Shown here piece after piece: positions 44,014 to 53,977 of a DNA stretch of 64,000 nucleotides. Position numbers and translations under genes: made by a program. Origin of the DNA: a virus; IMG/VR virus record IMGVR_UViG_3300024346_006511, positions 32,001-96,000 of that record; one strand, written 5' to 3'. The stretch's first letter is position 1. Each line of letters begins with the position of its first letter. The notes below the pieces were generated by a model. The model was given only the letters and a program-made list of their open reading frames with translations. It was not told where the DNA came from and did not search any database.

Positions 44014-45729
44014 TTAGCCATCACAACTTAAGCAATCTAAAGATGTTCTAGAACCTATATCTCCATTAATCACAGAATCTGTTCTTAAATAATATAGTGT
44101 TTTTACTCCAAATCTCCATGCTGCTTGATGGACTTCATTAATAAATTTAGGTGAATCTGTAGGATCAAAAGCTAAATTTAGTGATTGTGTTTGATCAATA
44201 TATTTCTGTCTAGCACCTGCTTGTTCAACCAAAGCTAATTGGTTAATTTCTGCAAATGTTAAAAATATTGGTTTATCGTCCGCTGGCATAACATCTTCAG
44301 GTAGATTAGCGATGCTTCCTCTATCTTTCATGATCTGATCCCATACTTCTTCAGTATTAGCTCCTTTATCTGCAAGGTACGTTTCTAAAGCAGGGTTTTT
44401 TCTGATAAATGTGCCTTTAGCAGAGTTAAATGTATATACGTTAGCTGGTACAGGTTCAATGCCGGCAGATACTCCTCCAGCTATTGTACTATTTGATACT
44501 GTTGGAGCAATAGCCATTACGTGAGTGTTTCTCATTCCTGTTCCTTTACACCAAACTGGTTCTCCATACTCTATAGCTAATTGTCTTGAAGCTGCTTCAG
44601 CTTTAGTTCTAATATCCGAAAATATTTGGTGAGTAAGTGATGTTGCTGCAATAGAAGTGAATGGAATCTTTTCGTTTTGTAGTAGTGTATGCCATCCTAA
44701 AACTCCTAATCCAATTGCTCTACCTTTTTTAGCAGATCTATGAGCTCTAATTAAAGAATCTCTACCAGAAGTTTTAGCTAAGAACTCTTCTAATACTCCG
44801 TCTAGAAAATAAATTGAAGTTTCAATTAAATCGCTATTTTTCCATTCGTGCCATTTACTTAAATTAACAGAAGAAAGACAGCAAATAAAACTATGTTCTT
44901 CGTCTGTATGTAAAGTAATCTCAGAACAGATATTAGTCATACTAACATCCAGGTTGTTCTTTTTATATGCAGGTGGATTAGCATTATTAACTGTATCCTT
45001 ATACATGATATAAGGCTCTCCAGTCTCCACTCTAGACTTTAGTATTTTAACCCATAATCCCATTGCATCAGCGTCTCTATGCTCTAGTTTTTGCATAAAG
45101 TTATCATCCACTACAACGCATTGATGTAGGTTTAGACACTGTCTATTTGGGTCTCCTTTAGGTCTACGTATCTCCAGGTATTCTTCTATATCTGGGTGAT
45201 TAATATCGAGATTAACAGAGGCTGCTCCTCTTCTTACTGCTCCTTGATTAGTAGCAATAATAGTTGAGTCATAAATCTTAGCCCATGGCACAACTCCTTC
45301 AGAGCTTCCCATAGAACCGTCTCCTATTTTCTCTTCTCTTCCTCTTATCTTAGAAAGCCCGATTCCTACTCCTCCACCTAAAGAGGTCAATCTCATGAGT
45401 TCAGCATTGGTTAACCCAATTCCTCGTATACTGTCGGGGGTATCGATTCCGAAACATGAGATTGGTAATCCTCTGTCAGTTCCTGTGTTTGAAAGTACAG
45501 GAGAGGCTAAGTTCAACCATCCTTTCCAAATGTACCTAAAGAATTTATTCTCTAGATCCGGACGGTCTAATCTTTTAGCTATTGTAGAAGCGACTCTTCT
45601 ATATGCTTTTTTTGGTGTTTCACCCGGGAGCATATATCCTTTTGAGATAGTTGCAAGTGAAACATCATTCATCCATTCTGGGTAATCTTTTCCAGCTTCC
45701 CAATTGCTGGTATCTACTATTATGCTCAT
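44014..45729 (-). CDS. nrdA: ribonucleotide reductase class Ia alpha subunit
   Basis: ASPVLSN, PISCF, TNICSEI, AIAPT, KTLYY, C-terminal CLSCDG. Confidence 0.96.
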   Translation of the reverse strand: MSIIVDTSNWEAGKDYPEWMNDVSLATISKGYMLPGETPKKAYRRVASTIAKRLDRPDLENKFFRYIWKGWLNLASPVLSNTGTDRGLPISCFGIDTPDSIRGIGLTNAELMRLTSLGGGVGIGLSKIRGREEKIGDGSMGSSEGVVPWAKIYDSTIIATNQGAVRRGAASVNLDINHPDIEEYLEIRRPKGDPNRQCLNLHQCVVVDDNFMQKLEHRDADAMGLWVKILKSRVETGEPYIMYKDTVNNANPPAYKKNNLDVSMTNICSEITLHTDEEHSFICCLSSVNLSKWHEWKNSDLIETSIYFLDGVLEEFLAKTSGRDSLIRAHRSAKKGRAIGLGVLGWHTLLQNEKIPFTSIAATSLTHQIFSDIRTKAEAASRQLAIEYGEPVWCKGTGMRNTHVMAIAPTVSNSTIAGGVSAGIEPVPANVYTFNSAKGTFIRKNPALETYLADKGANTEEVWDQIMKDRGSIANLPEDVMPADDKPIFLTFAEINQLALVEQAGARQKYIDQTQSLNLAFDPTDSPKFINEVHQAAWRFGVKTLYYLRTDSVINGDIGSRTSLDCLSCDG

Positions 45730-45739
45730 AACTTATATA

Positions 45740-46717
45740 TTAAAATGCTGCTGACCAGTCTAAATGTCCTTTACTATAATTTGTAACTCTACTTGCAAAG
45801 AAATCTGTTTGTTGTTTACCTGCAATAACTGCGTCAAACCATTTCATAGTCTTCAATGCTCCTTTATCTATATCTTCTGATGCTACTATAGGTGAAAGAC
45901 CTAAATCTGCCATCTTAGTATTTACTCTATGCTTAATAAAGTTTTTTAATTCGTTTTTAGTTAGGTTCTCTAAATCACCCATTTCGAATATCTTATCAAT
46001 AAAATCAAACTCTAATTGTAAAGCATTTTTTGCTGCTTCTTCAATATCCTGTATTAAAGCATCAGTTTTAAACTCAGGATGTTCCTTCATTAATGTCCTG
46101 AATAACCAACATCCTGCTTCAGAGTGTAGAGACTCATCTCGTACAGACCATTCAACGATCTGCCCTACTCCTTTAAGTTTGTTTCTCATCTTAAACGACA
46201 AAAGAACTGCGAAGGAACTAAATAAGTTAACACCTTCCGTAAACGCGGAAAAAATTGCAAGAGACTTAGCTCTATCGTGCCAATTAGGTTCTCCATTATG
46301 ACCATCTCTGACATTCATAAGGTTTTCAATCTTAGCCATTGTAGCTTCATCCTCCATAAACTCAGCAAAGTTATCTAAACCTAGTTGTTCATTTAATAGT
46401 GAGTAAGCTTCTGCATGGATAGTTTCACTAGACCCAAGAGTCGTTCCCATCATGATAATCTCCGGTTTTCTAAACCATTTAGTGACTAGTGTTGACCAAT
46501 AGTCATTAACAACAGTCTCAGTTTGTGCAAATCCTTTAAGTATCCCACCTACAACATTTTTTTCATGTGCTTTTAGGTTAGATTTCCAGTCAGTAACATC
46601 TTGCGACATTGGTACTTCAGTATGAAGCCAGTGTGCTTGTTGTTGCTTTAACCAGTAATCGTATGCTTTAGGGTATTCAAAAGGCTTGTACACAACTCTT
46701 TCTTCTAGTAAACTCAT
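45740..46717 (-). CDS. nrdB: ribonucleotide reductase class Ia beta subunit
   Basis: ETIHAEAY, EGVNLFSSF, RDESLH, DFF..RVTNY. Confidence 0.96.
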   Translation of the reverse strand: MSLLEERVVYKPFEYPKAYDYWLKQQQAHWLHTEVPMSQDVTDWKSNLKAHEKNVVGGILKGFAQTETVVNDYWSTLVTKWFRKPEIIMMGTTLGSSETIHAEAYSLLNEQLGLDNFAEFMEDEATMAKIENLMNVRDGHNGEPNWHDRAKSLAIFSAFTEGVNLFSSFAVLLSFKMRNKLKGVGQIVEWSVRDESLHSEAGCWLFRTLMKEHPEFKTDALIQDIEEAAKNALQLEFDFIDKIFEMGDLENLTKNELKNFIKHRVNTKMADLGLSPIVASEDIDKGALKTMKWFDAVIAGKQQTDFFASRVTNYSKGHLDWSAAF

Positions 46718-46748
46718 ATATCTTTATATATTATTGGTATTGTTAGAC

Positions 46749-46781
46749 AAAAACACCCGGCGGACTATGTCTTTCGGGCAT
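46749..46781 (-). terminator. terminator-like or leader hairpin between helicase and nrdB
   Basis: ATGCCCG...GAC-ATA-GTC...CGGGTGT followed by TTTT. Confidence 0.5.
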
Positions 46782-46824
46782 GGTAATAAATAGAATATAT
46801 ATTTACTATTCATCACCAAATTAG

Positions 46825-48174
46825 TTAAATTTTATCAAAAATTTTATTTACAGTAGCTCTATCAACTGTGAAGTTACTATCTCCTCCTGGCTCAATTAAA
46901 TCTGAAGGATCTACTTTACCTTCAAACTCTATATGACCATTATTCGTATCCATTTTAACATTATAGGTCATTCCGTCTTGACCGTATCTGTTTTTCATAA
47001 CATGGACTCTCCCGGTACCGAGTACCTTATCTTCTTTTTGCCTAGATAAAGATAAACAAATATCTGCTACCATCATCTTATCATACGAACCAGCTGCTTT
47101 ATCACCTTCGATTACTGAATCTTTAGCTCCCATTCTGTTTACCTGTGAAGGTGTAATGATTGGTATCTTTAATTCTTTAGCTAATCCTTTAGTAGCAATA
47201 AATACGTCGTCTATTTCATCTTTACGTTCAGCAAACTTAGAACCTCTAGAAGGTGCTCTTAAGTAATCAACATAATCAATTATGACTAGGTCTGGTTTAT
47301 GATCCATATCAGCACACTTCTGTATATGTGATCTTATACTACCTACTGAAGCTGATTTCGGTGCATACTCTTTAACAATTAACGCTCCTTTAAGGCCGTC
47401 AACGTGTGTCTGAACTTCTTTACGGTGGTTATTAACTTCATCAATAGAGTGCCCTGTAAAATAACAGTCAAATCTCTTACCGACGTAATCTTCTCCGAGT
47501 TCCAAAGTATAATAGTTGACTTTATAGCCCATCTTAACAGCATGAGCAGCCATAGCAACACAAGTCCAAGACTTACCACCTCCCGGATTACCAAATATAA
47601 TAGCCAAGTCACCAGGTCCAAATCCTCCCTGTAGTCCATCATTAAGGATAGGCCAAGGACTAGGAATAGTAGGACGATAGTCAGTTCTGTAACGAGTTTC
47701 AACGTCTTTATTGTATTCATGTCCGATATTTTTATCCATACCAGCTTTCATAGCTTTCTCAATCATGTTTCTGATACCATCAAAATCATGTTCTTTAAGC
47801 AAGTCGGCTGAGTTAAGTATTGCAGATTTCATTTCTTGATTCTTACAGAACGTTTGAAACTCTTCTTGTACATACTCTAAATCATCTTGAGAAGCCTCGT
47901 ATGAGTTTCTTAATTCTTCTTTAAGAGCTACTTGAAGTACTTCGTTTTCTAATTTCTGAAGTTCTACTTTAAGTACATCCATTGTAATGTTAGTATGATA
48001 CTTATCGAAATATTTAACAATTTCGTTAATTATCCATTTATGGGAATCTGCATCAAAATAAAAATCGTGAAGTACGTCTCTAACGTTAAGTAGAAAACTT
48101 TTGTCTGTAAGTAATGATCCAAGTACTTTTAATTGGAACCCCTTCCCGTATTGTTGTAAGCTCTTTAATGTCAT
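46825..48174 (-). CDS. DnaB-like replicative helicase
   Basis: GNPGGGKS, TLE, IIDYVD, SQVNR, KNRYG. Confidence 0.93.
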   Translation of the reverse strand: MTLKSLQQYGKGFQLKVLGSLLTDKSFLLNVRDVLHDFYFDADSHKWIINEIVKYFDKYHTNITMDVLKVELQKLENEVLQVALKEELRNSYEASQDDLEYVQEEFQTFCKNQEMKSAILNSADLLKEHDFDGIRNMIEKAMKAGMDKNIGHEYNKDVETRYRTDYRPTIPSPWPILNDGLQGGFGPGDLAIIFGNPGGGKSWTCVAMAAHAVKMGYKVNYYTLELGEDYVGKRFDCYFTGHSIDEVNNHRKEVQTHVDGLKGALIVKEYAPKSASVGSIRSHIQKCADMDHKPDLVIIDYVDYLRAPSRGSKFAERKDEIDDVFIATKGLAKELKIPIITPSQVNRMGAKDSVIEGDKAAGSYDKMMVADICLSLSRQKEDKVLGTGRVHVMKNRYGQDGMTYNVKMDTNNGHIEFEGKVDPSDLIEPGGDSNFTVDRATVNKIFDKI

Positions 48175-48206
48175 CTATAACCTTGTTTGTTTAATTAATA
48201 TATGAT

Positions 48207-48626
48207 TTATTTGTTTAATAACCAACTACTAGATTGAATTTTATCACCTAATCCGTCAATTAATTCTATACCGTATTGTTCACAGATTTTTCTTTCTGGA
48301 ATAGTACTATTATTTTGATCTCCTCCGTTTGCAAATGCTAGTTTATACGTTTCGTGAAACTTGCTGAACATAAGTTTTAAGGTATCGTTTTGAGTACTGT
48401 CTTCGTCCACTGAAATCCAAGCCATATCTACTACTGTAAGAGCTCTTATGATCTGTACTCTTTCTGCTTCATCCATAAAAAACGATGAACCTTTTATTTC
48501 CCTCTGTTTATCATTATTAACGATAACTATTAAAGCGTCACCAGCTTCTTTAGCTTTATCAAATAACTCTAAGTGTCCTTTATGTAAGGGATTGAAATAT
48601 CCGCTGACTATTATTGCTTTCTTCAT
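48207..48626 (-). CDS. cytidylyltransferase-like (HxGH) nucleotidyltransferase
   Basis: SGYFNPLHKGH, FANGGD, KIQSSSWL. Confidence 0.88.
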   Translation of the reverse strand: MKKAIIVSGYFNPLHKGHLELFDKAKEAGDALIVIVNNDKQREIKGSSFFMDEAERVQIIRALTVVDMAWISVDEDSTQNDTLKLMFSKFHETYKLAFANGGDQNNSTIPERKICEQYGIELIDGLGDKIQSSSWLLNK

Positions 48627-49651
48627 GACCTAACTGTTAACCCTCTAAAATTCTCTAACCAACCTTCTGTATTTTTAGTAATACCTTCAATTTTATCCTT
48701 TTCTAATAGTCTAAGAAATGCTCCAGTCTGCAAGTCAGGTACAGGGCTCTTAATAGTATCTACTACGAATGATTTTTCTTTCTCGTCTAAGTCAGATACA
48801 TTTAGATCCATTAGTTTATAGTTTGTTTCGACTCTATCCCACTCAGTAATGATTTTAGGAAATATCTTTTTAAACTTTTTCTCTTCTAATTTAGCAGCGC
48901 ATACATTATATACGTACTCCAAAGTAGTTCCGGGCTTATTTACCAGGTCTGGAAATTCAGATATAATAGTTTTTATACCTAATCCTTTAACTCCTGCTAA
49001 ATTATCTGAATTGTCTCCTAGTAATGCTTTAACTACGTTGTAATTCTCTGGTAATACCTTAAGTTCATCGAATATATTACTCTCTGTAAAGGTTTTCTTT
49101 TTAACCGGTGCATACACTTCGATTGTATCGTCTACTAGTTGTAAGAAGTCTTTATCAGAAGAAATAATAGTACATTTCTTAACATCACTCATAGATGCTC
49201 TCTTTGCAATGTATGCTATAATATCATCCGCTTCTAACTTCTCCATCTGCAATTGCTGTACTGGTAAGCATTCTAGATAATCTTGAGTCCTATAAAGTTG
49301 CCCTATTAAAGCTTCCATTTCTTCAGCCTTACTATCGTAAAGTCCCCAGTGAGTAATTCTAGATGTTGCCCTCTGAGCTTTATAATTAGGATCTATATTT
49401 TTTCTATTAGCTGAACCTCCTTTACCGTCCCATACTATCATAACTCTAGTAGGATCGAATATCCTAGTTACGTAGCCTAAAGAACGAAGAAACCCTACCA
49501 AGCCACCTACATGGTGACCTGATGGGTTCATCGCTTTGAGCAATGAGAAACTACGAATAAGCATATTCATAGCATCTATGACCAGGATATGGTCATTCAA
49601 CGCTCGGGGTGGGGTCTCTTTTAAATTGTTGAGTATGTTTTCGTATGCCAT
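48623..49651 (-). CDS. 5'-3' exonuclease / flap endonuclease (T4 RNase H-like)
   Basis: IDAMN, YKAQR, EADDII, SSDKDFLQ, GDNSDNLAGVKGLG. Confidence 0.93.
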   Translation of the reverse strand: MAYENILNNLKETPPRALNDHILVIDAMNMLIRSFSLLKAMNPSGHHVGGLVGFLRSLGYVTRIFDPTRVMIVWDGKGGSANRKNIDPNYKAQRATSRITHWGLYDSKAEEMEALIGQLYRTQDYLECLPVQQLQMEKLEADDIIAYIAKRASMSDVKKCTIISSDKDFLQLVDDTIEVYAPVKKKTFTESNIFDELKVLPENYNVVKALLGDNSDNLAGVKGLGIKTIISEFPDLVNKPGTTLEYVYNVCAAKLEEKKFKKIFPKIITEWDRVETNYKLMDLNVSDLDEKEKSFVVDTIKSPVPDLQTGAFLRLLEKDKIEGITKNTEGWLENFRGLTVRS

Positions 49652-50721
49652 TAATCGAGTAAGTTAGGAGAGATTGGTGTTTCTTCTAAATCTCCTTCCT
49701 CGATCAGGTCAAAGTCTACGGAACCGACTAGTTTTAACCAGTGTTCTTTATGAGCATCTCTATACTTATCAATAGCTTTTTTATCGTCTTCGATAAATCC
49801 ATGCGATGTCATTACAACTCTACCTCTAGACTGCACTCCTCCAATATGGTTCTTCTCTATCTGAATATTAGTTCTTTTAGCGAATTCTACTTGAAGTCCG
49901 TTCTTTACAGCTTTAATCTTAGAAGTACCCGGGTTAGTAATATTACCAAAAGTAACAACTAATGTAGCATCATACCACATTGACATTCCTCCTTTATTCT
50001 GTAATTTAGGTTGACCCATAGGGTGTTCTGGTTTCATAGTCCATACCTTATTAATAGCAACTAACGTGTTAGTATAAGGTGAGTTCTCTTTTCTAGATAA
50101 TAGTATCTTTTGATTAAGATTATTACCAAATTGAGTAGACATAGCCCCTGCATTCCATTCGTTATTATTCTTATTAGAACGAACTGATAAATCACAAGGT
50201 ATAGAGCCGATAGAATCCCAGAAGAAGCACATATCATAAGGTAGGTTACCTTTCGCTTGTTCGTCCATTAGGTCAGCCATATAAACTGCTACTTCTTCAA
50301 TAGTATTTAATGAACCTCTGTCAGCATATAAAAAGTGACCTTCATAATCTACTACTGTACCATTAGCGTCTTTGATTTCTTCAATCTGTAATCCCATCTC
50401 TTTAGCGTGATCCCATGACCATTTCATCTCTGATATAATAAACACAGGCAGTATGCCCTTTTTCTGGGCATTAACTGCAGCTTCTAATAGGGCAGTTGTT
50501 TTGCCCGTATCACTGTGTCCTCTTAGTAGAGTTATATGTCCGGTTGGAATACCGGGTAGAGATGTTATGTCTTGGAACGCTTTCGACAGTGGAATCCATC
50601 CCTGTTCCTTGAATTTAACAGAAGCATTTGAGAATCCTTTCTTTTTCTTAAAGTTTCCTAAGTTAAACCCTTTCTTGACTGCCGCAGATGCGGCTTCTTG
50701 TACTGCTTTTTTCTTTGCCAT
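49651..50721 (-). CDS. RecA/UvsX-like recombinase
   Basis: GHSDTGKTT, FFWDSIG, NKGG, KNHI. Confidence 0.88.
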   Translation of the reverse strand: MAKKKAVQEAASAAVKKGFNLGNFKKKKGFSNASVKFKEQGWIPLSKAFQDITSLPGIPTGHITLLRGHSDTGKTTALLEAAVNAQKKGILPVFIISEMKWSWDHAKEMGLQIEEIKDANGTVVDYEGHFLYADRGSLNTIEEVAVYMADLMDEQAKGNLPYDMCFFWDSIGSIPCDLSVRSNKNNNEWNAGAMSTQFGNNLNQKILLSRKENSPYTNTLVAINKVWTMKPEHPMGQPKLQNKGGMSMWYDATLVVTFGNITNPGTSKIKAVKNGLQVEFAKRTNIQIEKNHIGGVQSRGRVVMTSHGFIEDDKKAIDKYRDAHKEHWLKLVGSVDFDLIEEGDLEETPISPNLLD

Positions 50722-50726
50722 AAATA

Positions 50727-51524
50727 TTACTCGTTAAATAGGTCGTCAAATTTACTAACTGTATCTTTATTGCCAGCAGTAGCTGTTTCTAAAGTAAAGT
50801 CAGTCTTTTGAGGACTAGAGCTTTCTGGCGGTGTTTCAGATCCTGCAGCTGGAGCATTCTCCTCTACTGAACCTGGGTTTAAGTAGTTTTGTAGTTGTTT
50901 CTTAATAAAGTCGTAATCATACTGAGTATGTACTTCGACCGGATTAGGTTGTTCTTTCAACCACGTATCTACTTGTACATTATCATTAGATAACGGTGTT
51001 TGTTTAGGTTTAATTCTTACTGAAGTAGTAGGGTAAGGATTTCCAGGTTGTTGTTCAACTACCATATCCCATCCGTTAATAACGTCTGTAAAATCTCCTA
51101 CGTCTTCATCTTCGGCTAAAGCAAGTAACGCTTTATAGATAGTAACTCCGAAGCCCCATAGTCTAACTCCTTTGTCTTCTTCTCCTCTTACAATTACAGG
51201 AGCGAATACTCTAGTCTTAGGGTTAATTTTACCAGATAATGACCAATTGTCTTTATCATTTGTTTTTCTAAGTTCTTTTACGAACTCTTCAATTGGATCT
51301 TGTTTACCGAAGTTAGATAAAGCTACCATTGGATACTTACCAATACCATAGTGGAATTTTAATTCCTTAAATGGAAAAGTAGGATCGAAATGAGACGGTA
51401 CAATACGTACAGTCTGTTTACCTTGTTCAGGTTTCCAAAAGATTTTTGAATAGTCAGTTTTTTCTCTTTCCTGACCGTTGTTGTTTAAGGCAGATAGTTT
51501 AGCCTTGATTGCATTGATGTCCAT
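50727..51524 (-). CDS. single-stranded DNA-binding protein (T4 gp32-like)
   Basis: FWKP..GKQTVRIVP, acidic C-terminus FDDLFNE; adjacent to the recombinase. Confidence 0.8.
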   Translation of the reverse strand: MDINAIKAKLSALNNNGQEREKTDYSKIFWKPEQGKQTVRIVPSHFDPTFPFKELKFHYGIGKYPMVALSNFGKQDPIEEFVKELRKTNDKDNWSLSGKINPKTRVFAPVIVRGEEDKGVRLWGFGVTIYKALLALAEDEDVGDFTDVINGWDMVVEQQPGNPYPTTSVRIKPKQTPLSNDNVQVDTWLKEQPNPVEVHTQYDYDFIKKQLQNYLNPGSVEENAPAAGSETPPESSSPQKTDFTLETATAGNKDTVSKFDDLFNE

Positions 51525-51561
51525 ATAACTAATTTATTAAATTTATAACTCTATATATACC

Positions 51562-51591
51562 AATATAAGAACTTATTTTTAGTTCTCCAAC
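51562..51591 (-). promoter_or_regulatory. early/middle promoter motif
   Basis: GTTG-N18-CTTATATT. Confidence 0.7.
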
Positions 51592-52037
51592 TCTATTATA
51601 CGAAAAAGTTTGGTATTTACTCTTTTTAATTCTGGACCTTTGGTTAACAGTATGCAATTTCTGTAATCCGTCCAGTTAACTCTAAAACTTTTATCTAATA
51701 CTCCGTCATTTAACTCCTTAACTAGAGTATTCAGTGCATTGATTGTGTAAAGTGTGTTTGATTCTTTCTTTCTATGTACTAGTATTGTATTCTCTAGAAA
51801 TGTAGACACATTGCCGTAGTCGACGTTATAGGTACATATGTACTCATCCTGGCTTTTTGAATATAGGACAAAGATCTTGTTATAGATGATTTTATACCTT
51901 TCCTGTATTTCTTTTAATGTGCTCTCTAATTCTCCTTCTGTAGAAAAAGTACAAAATAATTTGTTGCTCATATCTTCGTTTAAACTAATTTCGTCAATAT
52001 CGTAGTCGAATTGACGCTCCTCTGTAACATTTGTCAT
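51579..52037 (-). CDS. conserved phage hypothetical protein
   Basis: NKLFCTF, HRKKESNTLYTINALN. Confidence 0.8.
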   Translation of the reverse strand: MTNVTEERQFDYDIDEISLNEDMSNKLFCTFSTEGELESTLKEIQERYKIIYNKIFVLYSKSQDEYICTYNVDYGNVSTFLENTILVHRKKESNTLYTINALNTLVKELNDGVLDKSFRVNWTDYRNCILLTKGPELKRVNTKLFRIIELEN

Positions 52038-52059
52038 TTTATATAAATATAAGTTAGTA

Positions 52060-53385
52060 TCATAAAACCAGATTCTTTGAGAACTTGAATTTTACTGGGT
52101 ATTTCCCGTTTTCAGATAGTATTTGTTCTAAGTCGTTTAATAGGTCCTTTCCGTCTTCCTTAGAAAAGTCGAAAAGAATTGAATCGTATGTATAAAGTAC
52201 AGCTTTAGATTTTTTACCCTGTAGGTATTTAAAGACTGCTTTAAGTATATTAATATTTCTAGAAGTTTCTAATGATTGCATAACATAATTCATTAACTTC
52301 TGTGGGTTCATTCCCTTGAGCGAGCTTGTGAAAGGCTTTCCACTAATTGGTGCCAGGACTTCTCCGTCATCTTTGTATCGTTTCCATAACTCTTTGATAT
52401 AATCATCAATTCTTGTAAAGATTTCAAGGAAAGCATACTTTTCTGGTATCTTTCCATAAATTGCGTGAAAGTTAATTTGTTTAGCTTGGTCATATTCTTC
52501 TTCTGTTATATGTTCTTTATTAAAGTATTGGGTAGCTAGTTGCTTATGAGCTGATGCTTCGGTAAGTTTATACCCAATTTGCTCACAAAGTAAGCGCAAA
52601 TGATAACCGTCAAAATCAAACTCAACAAAGTAATCACCGGTCGGTCGAAAGGTCTTTCTATGCTCGGGAGTCTTAGGTATAGCAGCAAAATTAACAGAAT
52701 TAAAAGCATTAGTAGGTCTAGAAGTAGCATTGTATAAATTGTATGAAGTTAGTACTGTGTTATTATCTGTGTTGTATAGTGGGTTTCTAGGGGTAAATAT
52801 TTTATTAAACTCATCATAATATACTCCTAAACCTCCGTGCTCTAGTAAATAGAAAACATTAGTAGCAGTTTTATTATAAAAATCAAAGCCATTAGGTATT
52901 GCAATATTCAATACTGGTTTAATTTGCTTATATATATTTTCATTAGCTTCGTAAAGCTTAGAAATAGGAATTAACTTATTTACCTCTTTATGTTTCTGAA
53001 ATTTATTATAAAAGTAGTTTAGTGAGCTATTCTCTTTAGTGTACTCTAACTTATCGTATTTTGTCATAGCATAAAGCAATGAAATATCTATAGCTTCCTG
53101 TAGATTAAAGTGATAGAGCAGCTCTTTCTTATTTAATGTATACAGTGTGTTTGCTTTCAGAAGAAGTTGGTAGACCCGTTCTTTATCTACGTTTAATCCT
53201 TCTGGGTGATCTATAGGAATGATGTATCCGTAATCGGATTTCAGTAATCTTATGTAGACTGCTATTGATGAAGTAAGCTTTGGATGGTATAAGTCATTAG
53301 TTGATACTACATTTACGTAGCAACCTAATCTAACTAGATTCTCTATTGACTGTAATTTACTCTCTTCTTCTACTATATAAAACAC
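52060..53385 (-). CDS. second, compact family A DNA-polymerase-like protein
   Basis: TSRP, motif A EFDFDGYHLRL, motif B AKQINFHAIYG, NYVMQSLE, motif C YTYDSILFD. Confidence 0.8.
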   Translation of the reverse strand: MFYIVEEESKLQSIENLVRLGCYVNVVSTNDLYHPKLTSSIAVYIRLLKSDYGYIIPIDHPEGLNVDKERVYQLLLKANTLYTLNKKELLYHFNLQEAIDISLLYAMTKYDKLEYTKENSSLNYFYNKFQKHKEVNKLIPISKLYEANENIYKQIKPVLNIAIPNGFDFYNKTATNVFYLLEHGGLGVYYDEFNKIFTPRNPLYNTDNNTVLTSYNLYNATSRPTNAFNSVNFAAIPKTPEHRKTFRPTGDYFVEFDFDGYHLRLLCEQIGYKLTEASAHKQLATQYFNKEHITEEEYDQAKQINFHAIYGKIPEKYAFLEIFTRIDDYIKELWKRYKDDGEVLAPISGKPFTSSLKGMNPQKLMNYVMQSLETSRNINILKAVFKYLQGKKSKAVLYTYDSILFDFSKEDGKDLLNDLEQILSENGKYPVKFKFSKNLVL

Positions 53386-53411
53386 TTGTGTATAACCTTT
53401 AATTATACTTA

Positions 53412-53441
53412 AATATAAGCATTTAAAAGGTAAGAGACAAC
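53412..53441 (-). promoter_or_regulatory. early/middle promoter motif
   Basis: GTTG-N18-CTTATATT. Confidence 0.7.
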
Positions 53442-53443
53442 TT

Positions 53444-53977
53444 TTACTTAACGAATTTACCTAAATCTTTGATATACTTATCTAAACCTTTAATAGTATT
53501 GGTAGCTGCTGCTACTGATTTAGCATTTCTATGTTTAGCACCAAGGTACATATACCCTCTATATTCTGTATTTTCTGAGGGACCTTCTAAGTACCATTCT
53601 AAAGATACTGTAATACTTCCTGGTATTTTTTTAAGTCTGTTAACTTCTTCTGAAGTGATTTCCATAATCCTTTCAGACCTTAAATCTTTAGCAAAATGTC
53701 GAGTAAAAAATTTATTCTTATAATCTGCTTCTTTAGGTTCAATAAATGCTTGTAACGGTCCTATATGTTTATTTTTATTCTCTTCTTTTTCTAAATGAAC
53801 TTTTTTAAGAATTAACTCATACTTAGCCTCTTGAGGTGTTGCACCGTTGAAGTATTGATTCTTGTACGTAATTATATATTCCCCTCTATACGGCTTTAGA
53901 GTAGACTTGACCAAAAGTTCTTCATCTCCTCCTGTTGCTGTAAATGGTCCTTTATATTTTGATTTTGGTAAAAACAT
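53444..53977 (-). CDS. hypothetical protein (tail/baseplate operon)
   Basis: Last gene of the tail operon. Confidence 0.75.
   Translation of the reverse strand: MFLPKSKYKGPFTATGGDEELLVKSTLKPYRGEYIITYKNQYFNGATPQEAKYELILKKVHLEKEENKNKHIGPLQAFIEPKEADYKNKFFTRHFAKDLRSERIMEITSEEVNRLKKIPGSITVSLEWYLEGPSENTEYRGYMYLGAKHRNAKSVAAATNTIKGLDKYIKDLGKFVK

Noticed and set aside
23581-46717. Bacterial chromosome origin suggested by groEL, nadE, que and nrd genes
   Set aside because: These genes are interleaved on one strand with tail, baseplate and T4-like replication genes under shared promoter motifs, with no integrase or host boundary visible.
7193-52730. Nested minus-strand alternative-frame ORFs (7193, 10231, 13794, 14922, 33739, 41861, 43370, 47379, 52308, 52536)
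   Set aside because: They lie within or across stronger genes or promoters and have no independent support.
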